From Kordiimonas lipolytica (GTDB taxonomy: Bacteria > Pseudomonadota > Alphaproteobacteria > Sphingomonadales > Kordiimonadaceae): a DNA stretch of 24,000 bases. The notes beneath the pieces are model-generated. The model did not search any database. It saw only the letters and a list, made by a program, of their open reading frames with translations, and was not told the origin of the DNA. The stretch covers positions 529,838-553,837 of the forward strand of contig NZ_JBHSCR010000003.1 in the NCBI RefSeq assembly GCF_042651265.1, read 5' to 3'. Numbering within the stretch: position 1 is the stretch's first letter; every line of letters begins with the position of its first letter. The translations under genes and the position numbers were made by a program. Positions 1-9,280 of the stretch are shown here, piece by piece.

Positions 1-1069
1 TGATGGCCGTGTTGCCCCAGGCCGACGCCACCGCCGCTTCGCCAGCATACTCGCCGCCCACGAAGCTATAGTCCGCACCGCTGTTGGTGAAGGCGTTCAG
101 GAAGGCGGCCGGGTTGCTGCTGGCGGACGAGCGCGAGCGGTTGCCGCCATAAAGGTCGGCGATATACCAATTGCGCTGGTCGGTGCCCACGCGGCTTGAG
201 GCCGCCTTCAGTTTGTCTGCGAACACCGGCTTCGCATAGCGCAGCAGGTGGGCCTTCATATCGGTTTCAAAATCAGGGAACAGGGCGGCGTTGACCTCAT
301 AGAACATGGAGGTGCGGATGATGCGTTCACGAACAAACGCCCCCCGGTTGGAGTTGATGAACTCGCGCGCGTTGGCTTCAAGCTGATGCCATACGCGCAC
401 GCCGGTATAGGCCTCGTCGCGAATGTTCGGCCCGCCAATGAAGCCCTGAAACAGGCCATACATGATCAGCGGATTGCGGTATTTCGGGATCAGGATCTTG
501 TGGTGGATGTCGTTCAAGGACAGCGGAATGCCTGCGACAGTCAGCACCTTTTCGTCCCAGAGCTGCGGGTAATGTTTCTTCAGGTTGGTTTCAGGGAAGA
601 CCTTGGCGATCTGGCTGATTACCGTGAGGTTATAGAGATTGAGCCAGTAAGCCAGCTGCTCCTTGCTGCTGAATTGGTTGAGTGGTACGGCGCTTGGGAC
701 TTTCTCAAGGTCGCGCCTGAGGGCCACCAGCACATCGAGGTTGTCACCCAGGAAGGCATGGAAGTCGATGCGGTTGCCTTCGGTTCTGGTGCTGCCGCGT
801 GAGCCTGTTGAGATACGGGAACCCGTACGTGGCACTGTCTTGCCCGCGGTTGACCTGTCAGAATGGCCGGTTTCCCAAACGGTCTGGCTGAGGATCGCGG
901 ACAGGTCCTTATAGTCGATCGACATGGGCGAGTCCGGCGTGTCGCCCTTGAAGGCTTCGATGGCTGTGTCCGGGGTGACTTGTGCTTTTGCGGCGGGGGC
1001 GGGAGGAAGCGCGAGCGAAAGTGTGGCGGCAAGCAGGGCAGCAGCCCGTGAAAAATGTCTCTTTGTCAT
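1..1069 (-). CDS. DUF547 domain-containing exported protein (C-terminal end runs off the window)
   Basis: Absent from the ORF track because there is no in-window stop. My translation of the minus strand from ATG at 1067-1069 (GAGGGGG RBS just upstream) gives MTKRHFSRAAALLAATLSLALPPAPAAKAQ..., a signal peptide, and stays open to position 2. Internal ...KEQLAYWLNLYNLTVISQI... and ...IHHKILIPKYRNPLIMYGLFQG... resemble the DUF547 signature (AFWIN.YN). The listed ORFs 248..802(+) and 619..1032(-) are wrong-frame or antisense artefacts. Confidence 0.7.
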   Translation of the reverse strand, partial: MTKRHFSRAAALLAATLSLALPPAPAAKAQVTPDTAIEAFKGDTPDSPMSIDYKDLSAILSQTVWETGHSDRSTAGKTVPRTGSRISTGSRGSTRTEGNRIDFHAFLGDNLDVLVALRRDLEKVPSAVPLNQFSSKEQLAYWLNLYNLTVISQIAKVFPETNLKKHYPQLWDEKVLTVAGIPLSLNDIHHKILIPKYRNPLIMYGLFQGFIGGPNIRDEAYTGVRVWHQLEANAREFINSNRGAFVRERIIRTSMFYEVNAALFPDFETDMKAHLLRYAKPVFADKLKAASSRVGTDQRNWYIADLYGGNRSRSSASSNPAAFLNAFTNSGADYSFVGGEYAGEAAVASAWGNTAI

Positions 1070-1284
1070 GATTATTCCCCCTCTAAAGCGTTTTAACTCC
1101 CGGATACTCGCAATGTTGGAACTACACGAACTTGGACAACCAAAGATTACACTTACCTCATCAAAAGTTTGAATTTTTTTACTTTAGTCACGAAAAAGCC
1201 CGCAAACACTTGGTAATACCCCCAATATTTAGCGGTACTCAAAAGTAGAATTTTCTCGTAATGAACACGGAGGAGATTTTACGA

Positions 1285-1551
1285 ATGAAGAAGTCACGTT
1301 ATTCCGACAGTCAGATCATCAGCATCCTGAAGCAGGCGGAGGCGGGTGCGCCTGTGCCTGAGCTTTGCCGGGAACATGGCATGAGCAACGCCAGCTTTTA
1401 CAAGTGGCGTGCAAAATACGGCGGCATGGATACCTCGATGATGGCTAGGCTGAAGGAATTGGAAGCCGAGAACGCTCGTCTGAAGAAGATGTATGCTGAC
1501 GTCCAGCTCCAGAATGATGTCATCAAGGAAGCTATGGCAAAAAAGTGGTAA
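1285..1551 (+). CDS. IS3-family transposase OrfA (HTH / leucine-zipper part)
   Basis: [49 protein letters not shown]...[20 protein letters not shown] is the classic IS3/IS407 OrfA pattern. GGAGGAG RBS lies 9 nt upstream of ATG 1285; the ORF track starts at an upstream ATG, 1261. Confidence 0.9.
   Translation: MKKSRYSDSQIISILKQAEAGAPVPELCREHGMSNASFYKWRAKYGGMDTSMMARLKELEAENARLKKMYADVQLQNDVIKEAMAKKW
1539..1545 (+). other. Programmed -1 ribosomal frameshift site A-AAA-AAG joining OrfA to OrfB
   Basis: In the orfA frame the codons are gcA AAA AAG tgg taa. A -1 slip puts the ribosome in the frame of the 1545..2384 ORF. This is the canonical IS3-family slippery heptamer, 4 nt before the orfA stop. 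Confidence 0.8.
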
Positions 1552-2384
1552 AGCCGTCCCGCCGACGTGAGATGGCAAAAATTGCTGTCTGCAAGGGGCG
1601 GCTGAGTATTCGGGCAGCCTGCCGTGCTTTTACGATCAGCGAGACCTGTTACCGCTACGAACCGAAGCTTTGTGACGAGAATGCCGAGATAGCGGACTGG
1701 CTGATTGGTATCACGGGCCGCCAGCGAAACTGGGGCTTCCAGATGTGTTTCCTGTATCTGCGTAACGTCAAGGGCTTCAAATGGAACCACAAGCGCGTTT
1801 ATCGCATTTACAGGGAACTGGAGCTCAATCTGCGGATCAAGCCGAAGAAGCGCCTGTACCGGGAGAAGCCTGAGCCTCTGGCGGAACCTGAGCAGATCAA
1901 TGACATCTGGTCCATGGACTTTATGCATGATCAGCTCAGTGATGGCCGTAGCTTCCGGGCCTTCAATGTGATTGATGACTTCAACCGTGAAGCCCTGAGC
2001 ATCGAGATCGACTTCTCCCTGCCAGCAGGCCGTGTCATCAGGGCTCTTGATCAAATCATTGAATGGCGCGGCAAGCCGCTTGCCATTCGCTGTGATAATG
2101 GCCCCGAATATGTAGGTCATCAACTGGCAGCATGGGCTGAAAAGCATGGCATTGGCCTGCAGTTTATCCAGCCAGGTAAACCACAGCAGAATGCCTATGT
2201 GGAACGGTTTAATAGGACGGTCAGGTACGATTGGTTGAACCAGTATATCTTTGAAACCATCGAGGAGGTGCAGGAAGCTGCCACAAAATGGATGTGGACT
2301 TATAACAACGAGCGGCCGAATATGGCGCTCGGCGGCATCACGCCGAAACAGAAACTGGCCATGGGCATGCCCATGGCTGCATAA
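1545..2384 (+). CDS. IS3-family transposase OrfB (DDE / rve integrase core), expressed as OrfAB fusion by -1 frameshift
   Basis: Contains ...[11 protein letters not shown]...(D), ...[12 protein letters not shown]...(D), ...[22 protein letters not shown]...(E), the retroviral-integrase-like DDE triad context typical of IS3/IS407 OrfB. It overlaps orfA in the -1 frame. Confidence 0.9.
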   Translation: MVKPSRRREMAKIAVCKGRLSIRAACRAFTISETCYRYEPKLCDENAEIADWLIGITGRQRNWGFQMCFLYLRNVKGFKWNHKRVYRIYRELELNLRIKPKKRLYREKPEPLAEPEQINDIWSMDFMHDQLSDGRSFRAFNVIDDFNREALSIEIDFSLPAGRVIRALDQIIEWRGKPLAIRCDNGPEYVGHQLAAWAEKHGIGLQFIQPGKPQQNAYVERFNRTVRYDWLNQYIFETIEEVQEAATKWMWTYNNERPNMALGGITPKQKLAMGMPMAA

Positions 2385-2481
2385 AGCTTCTACTTTTGAA
2401 GCCCCCTAAATATGGGGGTATTACCACTTGGCTGCGGGCTTCCGAAAGTTGGTTGGGGAATGGACTGTTGCCAAGAAGGGA

Positions 2482-3255
2482 TTACTGCGGGTCTTCCTCT
2501 TCCAGCTCATCCTCAAGGTCGTCGAAGAAATCATCCTCGCCTTCAAGGGGCGGTGGGTCGCCGTCATAAATTTCATAGCGGCGGTTCTGCCAATAGACAG
2601 TGCGGGCAAAGACATAGGGGTCGTCTTCCAGATACAGCTCCTTCAGCACATCGTCATACTGGACACGCAGGTCCCAGGCGTCGACGGCGGTACGTGCGAG
2701 GCTTAGGTCCCAGAACTTGCCTTTTTTATCAAGCGCCATTGCCGTGGGATCATAGAAAACATAGGTGGCGAAACCTGTGGTATCCCGAAGGTTGGATGGG
2801 CCAAGGAACGGCAGCACGATATAGGGGCCGTCTCCAAAGCCCCAGGTCGCCAGGGTCTGGCCGAAGTCTTCGCTATGATACTCAATGCCCATTCGGTCTG
2901 ATACCTTAAAGAGGCCGGCGATCCCGATCGTGCTGTTGATGACGAATCGGCTCAGCGTCTTACCCGCGCGCTTGAACTTCAACTGAAGGATATCGTTGAT
3001 AAAGACCCAAGGCTCGCGCAAGTTACGCATCGCGTTCGATATGCCGTCGCGGGGCGGCTTGGGTACGACGGTCTTATAGACAGCAACCGCCGGACTGATA
3101 ACCGTTTTGTCGGCTGCCTCATTGAAAGCGAAGATGGCGCGGTTCATTGGCTCCAGCGGGTCGCTTACGCTGGCGGAGGGGCCGTTCTCTGGCGTTGAGG
3201 CACACGCAGCGGTCAGTAGCAGCAGGCCCAGGGCAATAAACTTGCGAGCTGTCAT
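2482..3255 (-). CDS. mlaA: MlaA/VacJ family outer-membrane lipoprotein (phospholipid asymmetry maintenance)
   Basis: Lipobox LLLLTAAC near the N-terminus. DPLEPMNRAIFAFNEAADKTVISPAVAVYKTVVP...NLREPWVFINDILQ...INSTIGIAGLFKVSDRMGIEYHSEDFGQTLATWG...GPYIVLPFLGPSNLRD matches the VacJ family core. Confidence 0.9.
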   Translation of the reverse strand: MTARKFIALGLLLLTAACASTPENGPSASVSDPLEPMNRAIFAFNEAADKTVISPAVAVYKTVVPKPPRDGISNAMRNLREPWVFINDILQLKFKRAGKTLSRFVINSTIGIAGLFKVSDRMGIEYHSEDFGQTLATWGFGDGPYIVLPFLGPSNLRDTTGFATYVFYDPTAMALDKKGKFWDLSLARTAVDAWDLRVQYDDVLKELYLEDDPYVFARTVYWQNRRYEIYDGDPPPLEGEDDFFDDLEDELEEEDPQ

Positions 3256-3468
3256 ATGGGTTTCCGTTCAGGCGTTTCCATAAGGGCCGTTCTGGCGCGG
3301 CCATTTGTTATAAAATTTCGCGCTTTTATGCGCAATACCGCCGCAATGTGGCAACACGCGGGCTGTCCTTCAAGTCTATAGCCTAAAAAATCCATTTGCA
3401 TACAGTCACAAAATGCGGAGCGGATTTAGAAAATGACGCGCGAAGCGTAAGAATTTCACGCCTTTACA

Positions 3469-3490
3469 AATATAAAGAAATCTTTATATT
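3469..3490. promoter_or_regulatory. Perfect 10-2-10 palindrome AATATAAAGA-aa-TCTTTATATT; candidate ArsR-type operator
   Basis: Read directly from the sequence. Both 10-bp arms are exact reverse complements. It lies in an AT-rich promoter region and ends 2 nt before ATG 3493 and 41 nt before the alternative start at 3532 of the ArsR-family gene. Confidence 0.6.
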
Positions 3491-3492
3491 GC

Positions 3493-4458
3493 ATGCAAAC
3501 GCCACCGGATATTCCAACAGGGAAGCAAGGCATGGATGAACTTTTGGCAGCGCTTAGAGCCGTCGGGGAAGCAACCCGGCTTCGCATTCTGGCCCTTCTT
3601 GGGCGGGGCGAGCTGACTGTGGGTGAGCTTGTCCATATCCTAGATCAAAGCCAGCCCCGTGTCTCGCGTCATCTGAAATTGATGGGTGAGGCCGGTATCC
3701 TTGACCGCTTCCAGGAAGGCACTCAGGTGTTCTACCGTCTGGCGGATCGGGGTGTCGGGGCAAGGCTCAATGACGCGCTTCTGCCGCTTGTGGCTGATGA
3801 TGATGACAGCCTTGAGGCGGACCTGAAGGCACTTGATGCCATCCGGACTGAGCGGTTCGAACGCGCCCAGGCTTATTTTCGTTCGCACGCCGAGGAGTGG
3901 GACCAGATCCGGTCGCTCTATGTGGCGGAAGCGGAAGTGGAGCAAGCGCTGCTGGACGTTCAGGGTGGCGGCAAGGTTGGTCGGCTGCTGGATGTCGGCA
4001 CAGGTACAGGGCGCATGCTGGATGTGTTTGCGGCGCAGGCTGAGCAGGCGCTGGGCATCGATGTGTCCCGAGACATGCTGGCGGTGGCGCGCGGTAACCT
4101 GGCCCACAAGGGCCTGCAGAACTGCCAGGTACGGCTGGGCGATATGTATGACCTGGGCCTAGACGATGGCAGCCAGGACCTGATCATTTTTCATCAGGTG
4201 CTGCACTTTGCCGATGACCCGGCCAAGGCGATCCGCGAAGCTGCGCGGGCGCTTGGCAAAGGTGGCAGCATCCTGATTGCGGATTTCGCGCCGCACACGG
4301 AAGAATATCTGCGCGACGAGCAGGCGCACAGGCGCCTTGGCTTCGCGGACGAGGAAATCACGGCCATGGGCGAAAGCGCAGGGCTGAGCCGAACTGATCT
4401 CCGCCATCTGGACGGCGGTAAATTACGAGTAACAATCTGGCGGTTCGACAAAGTTTAA
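3493..4458 (+). CDS. ArsR/SmtB-family HTH regulator fused to a class I SAM-dependent methyltransferase domain
   Basis: N-terminal ...ATRLRILALLGRGELTVGELVHILDQSQPRVSRHLKLMGEAGIL... is a winged-helix ArsR motif. C-terminal ...RLLDVGTGTGRML... is SAM-binding motif I, followed by ...LIIFHQVLHF.... The real start may be ATG 3532 (MDELLAAL, preceded by AGGGAAGCAAGG), given the palindrome abutting 3493. Confidence 0.85.
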   Translation: MQTPPDIPTGKQGMDELLAALRAVGEATRLRILALLGRGELTVGELVHILDQSQPRVSRHLKLMGEAGILDRFQEGTQVFYRLADRGVGARLNDALLPLVADDDDSLEADLKALDAIRTERFERAQAYFRSHAEEWDQIRSLYVAEAEVEQALLDVQGGGKVGRLLDVGTGTGRMLDVFAAQAEQALGIDVSRDMLAVARGNLAHKGLQNCQVRLGDMYDLGLDDGSQDLIIFHQVLHFADDPAKAIREAARALGKGGSILIADFAPHTEEYLRDEQAHRRLGFADEEITAMGESAGLSRTDLRHLDGGKLRVTIWRFDKV

Positions 4459-4565
4459 AATGATGGGCTCTGAAACAAGTTCAGGGTGACGAATTTAGAA
4501 ACTGGGAAAAGTACCAGAGGCGAAGCCGAAGGACTTTTTCTGAAGGTTAGTTGAGGAGTAGGGCA

Positions 4566-5474
4566 ATGGCCCAGCGTTATAATCCACATGGTCTGCATTC
4601 GCTTTTCGAAGAAGCGGTGAGTGACGTGAATGTTTCTTTCGAATTCTTCCCGCCCAAGACGCCAAAGATGGAAGAAACCTTGTGGAATTCCATCAAGACG
4701 CTTGAAGAGCTGAACCCGAAGTTTGTTTCCGTCACTTATGGTGCGGGCGGCGGCACGCGGGAGCGCACCCACAATACGGTGAAGCGGATGGTTGAGGAAA
4801 CGAGCCTCGCGCCCGCCGCGCACCTGACGTGCGTTGGGGCGACAAAGGCCGAGATCGACGAAGTCGTGCGCGATTATTACGACGCCGGTGTGCGGTCCAT
4901 CGTGGCGCTTCGGGGCGATCCACCAGAGGGCACCTGCCGTTATGAGGCGCACCCGGGCGGCTATGCAAACGCGGCTGAGCTGGTTGAAGGCATCCGGAAA
5001 ATTGCCGATTTCGATATCTCTGTTGGCGCATACCCGGAAAAACACCCGGACAGCCCAAGCCTGGCAGCGGACCTTGATAACCTGAAGCGCAAAGTGGACG
5101 CGGGCGCGAACCGGGCCATCACCCAGTTCTTTTTCGAACCCGACCAGTATTTCCGCTTCCTGGATCACTGCGATTCATACGGCATCAATGTGCCGATCGT
5201 GCCGGGCATTTTGCCCGTGACCAACTATACAACGCTGAAGAATTTTGCCAAAACTGCGGGCGCCAGCGTGCCCAAGTGGCTGGGGGACCTGTTTGATGGG
5301 CTTGATGACCGGCCGCAGACGCGCCAACTGGTGGCTGCGACGGTCGCCGGCGAGATGGTGCGCAGGCTTTATGCGGGCGGTGTCCGCGATTTCCATTTCT
5401 ATACGCTCAACCGGGCGGAACTGACGTACGCGATTTGCCATATGCTGGGTATTCGCGCCGGACAGGAGGGTTAG
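4566..5474 (+). CDS. metF: 5,10-methylenetetrahydrofolate reductase
   Basis: ...[10 protein letters not shown]...[17 protein letters not shown]...[14 protein letters not shown]...[13 protein letters not shown]...[11 protein letters not shown]...AITQFFF... are hallmark MetF motifs. GAGGAG RBS precedes ATG 4566; the track ORF begins at an upstream alternative codon, 4551. Confidence 0.95.
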   Translation: MAQRYNPHGLHSLFEEAVSDVNVSFEFFPPKTPKMEETLWNSIKTLEELNPKFVSVTYGAGGGTRERTHNTVKRMVEETSLAPAAHLTCVGATKAEIDEVVRDYYDAGVRSIVALRGDPPEGTCRYEAHPGGYANAAELVEGIRKIADFDISVGAYPEKHPDSPSLAADLDNLKRKVDAGANRAITQFFFEPDQYFRFLDHCDSYGINVPIVPGILPVTNYTTLKNFAKTAGASVPKWLGDLFDGLDDRPQTRQLVAATVAGEMVRRLYAGGVRDFHFYTLNRAELTYAICHMLGIRAGQEG

Positions 5475-5478
5475 GGTT

Positions 5479-6546
5479 ATGACAGACCGGACAGCACTTC
5501 TTGAGAAACTCGCAAACGAGCGCATCCTGGTGATGGACGGTGCCATGGGCACCATGATCCAGAAGCACAAGCTTCAGGAAGCCGACTATCGCGGTGAACG
5601 CTTCAAGGACTGGCCGTCGGACCTGAAGGGCAATAATGACCTTCTGGTGCTGACAAACCCGGACGTGATCGCGGGCATCCACGCTGCCTTCCTTGAGGCC
5701 GGTGCGGATATCATTGAAACCAACACCTTCAATGGTACCACCATTTCCATGGCGGACTATGACATGCAGGAGTTCGCTTATGAAATTAACCTTGAGGGCG
5801 CCAAGCTTGCCCGCCGGGTTGCGGATGAGTGGACCGAGAAGACGCCCGACAAGCCGCGTTTTGTCGCGGGCTCTGTGGGCCCTACCAACAAGACGCTTTC
5901 TGTGTCGCCGGACGTGAACAACCCTGGCTTCCGCGAAGTGAATTTCGACGACGTGGTCAAAGCCTATAAAACGCAAGTTGAAGGCCTGATGGACGGCGGC
6001 GTGGATATCATCCTGATTGAAACAGTGTTCGACACGCTGAACGCCAAGGCGGCGATTTTCGCCACGCAGGACGTGTTCGAGGAACGCGGCACAGAGCGGC
6101 CGATCATGCTTTCCTGCACCGTTACCGATATGTCGGGCCGGAACCTTTCGGGCCAGACCATCGAGGCCTTCTGGTATTCGGTGAAGCACGCCAAGCCGTT
6201 CACCATCGGCCTCAACTGCGCATTCGGCGCGGAGCACCTGCGCCCGCACGCCGTGACGCTTTCGGCCATTGCCGATACGCGCGTCGCCATTTACCCGAAC
6301 GCGGGCCTGCCGAACGAGATGGGCGAATATGACGAAAGCCCGGACGTGACTGGCGCGCACCTGAAATCATGGGCGGAAGAGGGCCTCCTCAATATCGTGG
6401 GTGGCTGCTGCGGCACCACGCCAGAGCATATCAGGGCCATCGCCGACGCGGTCGCGGGCATTCCGCCCCGCAAAGTGCCGACCATTGCGCCTGCCATGCG
6501 GCTTTCCGGCATCGACCCAATTTCAATCATCAACGCGGCTGAGTAA
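5479..6546 (+). CDS. Homocysteine S-methyltransferase domain protein (N-terminal module of a split methionine synthase)
   Basis: ...[13 protein letters not shown]...[32 protein letters not shown]...IGLNCAFG...IYPNAGLPN...[14 protein letters not shown]... carries the Zn-binding Cys pattern of the MetH Hcy-binding barrel. It stops at 6546, 5 nt before the next gene. Confidence 0.9.
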   Translation: MTDRTALLEKLANERILVMDGAMGTMIQKHKLQEADYRGERFKDWPSDLKGNNDLLVLTNPDVIAGIHAAFLEAGADIIETNTFNGTTISMADYDMQEFAYEINLEGAKLARRVADEWTEKTPDKPRFVAGSVGPTNKTLSVSPDVNNPGFREVNFDDVVKAYKTQVEGLMDGGVDIILIETVFDTLNAKAAIFATQDVFEERGTERPIMLSCTVTDMSGRNLSGQTIEAFWYSVKHAKPFTIGLNCAFGAEHLRPHAVTLSAIADTRVAIYPNAGLPNEMGEYDESPDVTGAHLKSWAEEGLLNIVGGCCGTTPEHIRAIADAVAGIPPRKVPTIAPAMRLSGIDPISIINAAE

Positions 6547-6551
6547 GTATC

Positions 6552-9182
6552 ATGAGTAAACCAACGGCCCAGTTCATCAATGTCGGCGAACGCACAAACG
6601 TCGCCGGTTCCGCCAAATTCAAGAAGCTGATTTTTGAAGGTAACTATGAAGAAGCTGTCTCCATCGCCCGCCACCAGGTGGAAGGCGGTGCGCAGATCAT
6701 CGACATCAATTTCGATGACGCCATGCTGGACGCCGAAGAGGCCATGGAAACCTTCCTGAAGCTGATTGCAGCAGAGCCTGATATCGCCCGCGTGCCGGTG
6801 ATGATCGACAGCTCCAAATGGAGTGTGATCGAGACCGGCCTCAAGTGTGTTCAGGGTAAGGCGGTGGTGAATTCCATCAGCATGAAGGAAGGCAAAGAGC
6901 CATTCGTTGCGCAAGCGAAACGGATTATGCGTTATGGCGCCGCCGTGGTTGTAATGGCGTTTGACGAAAAAGGCCAGGCCGACAGCATCGACCGCAAGTA
7001 TGAGATCTGCAAAAAGTCCTACGACATCCTGGTGAACGAAGTGGGCTTCCCGCCGGAAGACATCATCTTCGACCCCAACATTTTCGCGGTGGCGACCGGG
7101 ATTGAAGAGCATGATAACTACGGCGTGGACTTCATTGAAGCCACTCGCCTGATCAAGAAAAACCTGCCGCACGCCAAGGTTTCCGGCGGTGTGTCGAACG
7201 TGTCCTTCTCGTTCCGGGGCAATAACCCGGTGCGCGAGGCCATGCACAGCGTGTTCCTCTATCACGCCATCAAGGCGGGGATGGACATGGGTATTGTGAA
7301 CGCGGGCCAGCTGACGGTTTATTCCGATATTCCGGATGACCTCAGGGAGCGGGTCGAGGACGTGATCCTCAACCGCCGGCCGGACGCCACGGAGCGGCTT
7401 CTGGAAATCGCAGACGACTATAAAGGGCAGGGCGCCAAGGCGCGGGTAGAGGACCTTTCGTGGCGCGAACAGCCGGTTGCAAAGCGGCTTGAGCACGCGC
7501 TGGTGAAGGGCATTGCCGATTATATTGAGGAAGACACAGAAGAAGCCCGACAGCAGTTTGACCGCCCGATCCAGGTGATTGAAGGCCCGTTGATGGACGG
7601 CATGAATGTGGTGGGTGACCTTTTCGGTGCGGGCGAAATGTTCCTGCCGCAAGTGGTGAAATCCGCGCGCGTGATGAAACAGTCAGTGGCCTACCTTCAG
7701 CCGTTTATCGAGGCCGAAAAGGAAGAGGGCAGTAAGGCCAAAGGCCGCATCGTGATGGCGACCGTGAAGGGTGACGTGCACGACATTGGCAAGAATATCG
7801 TCGGCGTGGTGCTGCAGTGTAACAATTTCGAGGTGATCGACCTTGGCGTGATGGTGCCGTGGGCGGATATCCTGAAGGCGGCGAATGATCATGACGCCGA
7901 CATGATTGGCCTTTCCGGCCTGATCACGCCAAGCCTTGACGAGATGGTGACCGTGGCGTCCGAGATGAAGCGCGCCAAGTTTGATATGCCGCTGCTGATC
8001 GGCGGTGCCACAACCAGCCGCGTACACACGGCGGTGAAGATCGCGCCTGAGTATGACGGCCCTGTAACCCACGTGCTGGACGCGTCCCGCGCGGTGGGTG
8101 TGGCCAGCCAACTGGTCAGCGAAGACGGCAAGGCGGCCTTTGTCGAGAAAACCAAGGCGGAGTATGACGAGATCGTGCGCAAGCGCCTGGCGAAGCCGAA
8201 ATCGGACCGCCTGGTGGGGCTTGAGGACGCGCGCAAGAACAAGGCAACGCCTGATTTTGACGCCTTCACCCCGGTGCGCCCAAGCTTTACGGGCACGCGT
8301 GTGTTCGACGATTTCCCGCTTGAGGACCTCATCGAGCGCATCGACTGGACACCCTTCTTCCGCACCTGGGAACTGGCGGGCACATATCCCGCGATCCTGG
8401 AGGATGACGTGGTGGGCGAAAGCGCGCGCAGCCTGCTCGCTGACGCCGAGGCCATGCTGAAGACCATCGTTGAAGAAAAGTGGCTGACCGCGAAGGGCGT
8501 GGTGGGTTTCTGGCCTGCGAACGCAGATGGTGACGACGTGGTGCTTTATACCGGCGATAACCGGAATGAAGAGCTCAGCCGCGTGCATTTCCTCCGTCAG
8601 CAAATCCAGAAGCGGGAAGGCCGCGCCAATGACTGCCTGGCCGATTTCATTGCGCCCGAGGGCACCAAGCCTGACTGGATGGGTGGCTTTGTTGTAACGG
8701 CGGGCCACGGTATTGAGCCGCATCTCGCGCGCTTCCAGGCCAATCACGACGACTATAGCGATATCATGCTGAAGGCGCTGGCCGACCGGCTGGCGGAAGC
8801 CTTTGCCGAGAAGATGCACGAGCTGGTGCGCACGGAGCTTTGGGGCTTTGCGGCTGATGAGGACCTGACGAATGAGGAAATCATCAAGGAGCGCTACACG
8901 TCCATCCGCCCCGCGCCCGGTTACCCTGCGTGCCCGGACCATAGCGAAAAGCCAGAGCTGTTCCGCCTGCTGGATGCAACCAACGCCACCGGCGTGGAAC
9001 TGACCGAAAGTTTCGCCATGACGCCGACAGCGGCTGTTTCGGGCTATTATTTCGCGCACCCGGACGCGCACTATTTCGGTGTGGGCAAGATTGGCGAAGA
9101 CCAACTGGCGGACTATGCGAAGCGCCGCGGCGTGGATATCGAGCAGGCAGCCCGGTGGCTCAGGCCCAACCTGGCTGACTGA
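6552..9182 (+). CDS. metH: Cobalamin-dependent methionine synthase, pterin-binding + B12-binding + AdoMet-activation modules
   Basis: ...[15 protein letters not shown]... is the pterin-binding module. ...[34 protein letters not shown]... is the DxHxxG B12-binding motif. ...[13 protein letters not shown]... and C-terminal ...[12 protein letters not shown]...[10 protein letters not shown]... are the reactivation domain. Confidence 0.95.
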   Translation: MSKPTAQFINVGERTNVAGSAKFKKLIFEGNYEEAVSIARHQVEGGAQIIDINFDDAMLDAEEAMETFLKLIAAEPDIARVPVMIDSSKWSVIETGLKCVQGKAVVNSISMKEGKEPFVAQAKRIMRYGAAVVVMAFDEKGQADSIDRKYEICKKSYDILVNEVGFPPEDIIFDPNIFAVATGIEEHDNYGVDFIEATRLIKKNLPHAKVSGGVSNVSFSFRGNNPVREAMHSVFLYHAIKAGMDMGIVNAGQLTVYSDIPDDLRERVEDVILNRRPDATERLLEIADDYKGQGAKARVEDLSWREQPVAKRLEHALVKGIADYIEEDTEEARQQFDRPIQVIEGPLMDGMNVVGDLFGAGEMFLPQVVKSARVMKQSVAYLQPFIEAEKEEGSKAKGRIVMATVKGDVHDIGKNIVGVVLQCNNFEVIDLGVMVPWADILKAANDHDADMIGLSGLITPSLDEMVTVASEMKRAKFDMPLLIGGATTSRVHTAVKIAPEYDGPVTHVLDASRAVGVASQLVSEDGKAAFVEKTKAEYDEIVRKRLAKPKSDRLVGLEDARKNKATPDFDAFTPVRPSFTGTRVFDDFPLEDLIERIDWTPFFRTWELAGTYPAILEDDVVGESARSLLADAEAMLKTIVEEKWLTAKGVVGFWPANADGDDVVLYTGDNRNEELSRVHFLRQQIQKREGRANDCLADFIAPEGTKPDWMGGFVVTAGHGIEPHLARFQANHDDYSDIMLKALADRLAEAFAEKMHELVRTELWGFAADEDLTNEEIIKERYTSIRPAPGYPACPDHSEKPELFRLLDATNATGVELTESFAMTPTAAVSGYYFAHPDAHYFGVGKIGEDQLADYAKRRGVDIEQAARWLRPNLAD

Positions 9183-9193
9183 CCCAAATCGTC

Positions 9194-9270
9194 ACTCACC
9201 GGCTTGACCGGTGAGTCCATGTTGCGCGCTCGTGGGTGTACCACTGGATTCGCCGATCAAGTCGGCGAAT
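9194..9270. terminator. Two 9-bp-stem hairpins between convergent metH and the MBL hydrolase gene
   Basis: ACTCACCGG-cttga-CCGGTGAGT (9194-9216) and ATTCGCCGA-tcaag-TCGGCGAAT (9248-9270), both perfect stems. Neither is followed by a U-run, so terminator function is only inferred from position. Confidence 0.4.
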
Positions 9271-9280
9271 GACGAGCGGT

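Larger units (their letters stand above)
1212..2425 (+). mobile_element. IS3-family insertion sequence, IS407-like group, apparently intact (1214 bp)
   Basis: Imperfect ~39-bp terminal inverted repeats: left GGTAATACCCCCAATATTTAGCGGTACTCAAAAGTAGAA (1212-1250), and the reverse complement of the right end GGTAATACCCCCATATTTAGGGGGCTTCAAAAGTAGAA (ends 2425). A 4-bp direct repeat ACTT flanks it (1208-1211 and 2426-2429). It has two overlapping transposase ORFs with an A-AAA-AAG slippery site. Confidence 0.9.

Noticed and set aside
248-1032. Track ORFs 248..802(+) and 619..1032(-)
   Set aside because: The real gene is the minus-strand DUF547 frame starting at 1069, which runs off the window and so is missing from the track. 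These two are an antisense frame and an out-of-frame overlap.
2412-2909. Plus-strand ORFs starting just inside the right end of the IS and running antisense into mlaA
   Set aside because: They overlap the well-supported mlaA gene on the opposite strand and lack an RBS. An outward-reading IS promoter is possible, but the ORFs themselves look non-coding.
3300-4565. Possible riboswitch (SAM-II, SAH or cobalamin) in the leaders of the ArsR-MTase, metF or metH genes
   Set aside because: I looked for a B12-box-like GCCACTG core and for conserved pseudoknot-type features. I could not recognise any by eye. The gaps between metF and the metH genes are only 4-5 nt. A covariance-model search (Rfam) would be needed to settle this.
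5407-9104. Long minus-strand ORFs (317, 453 and 473 aa) opposite metH
   Set aside because: They are antisense to unambiguous methionine synthase coding sequence. The translations are His/Arg/Gly/Val-rich nonsense typical of the reverse frame of GC3-rich genes.
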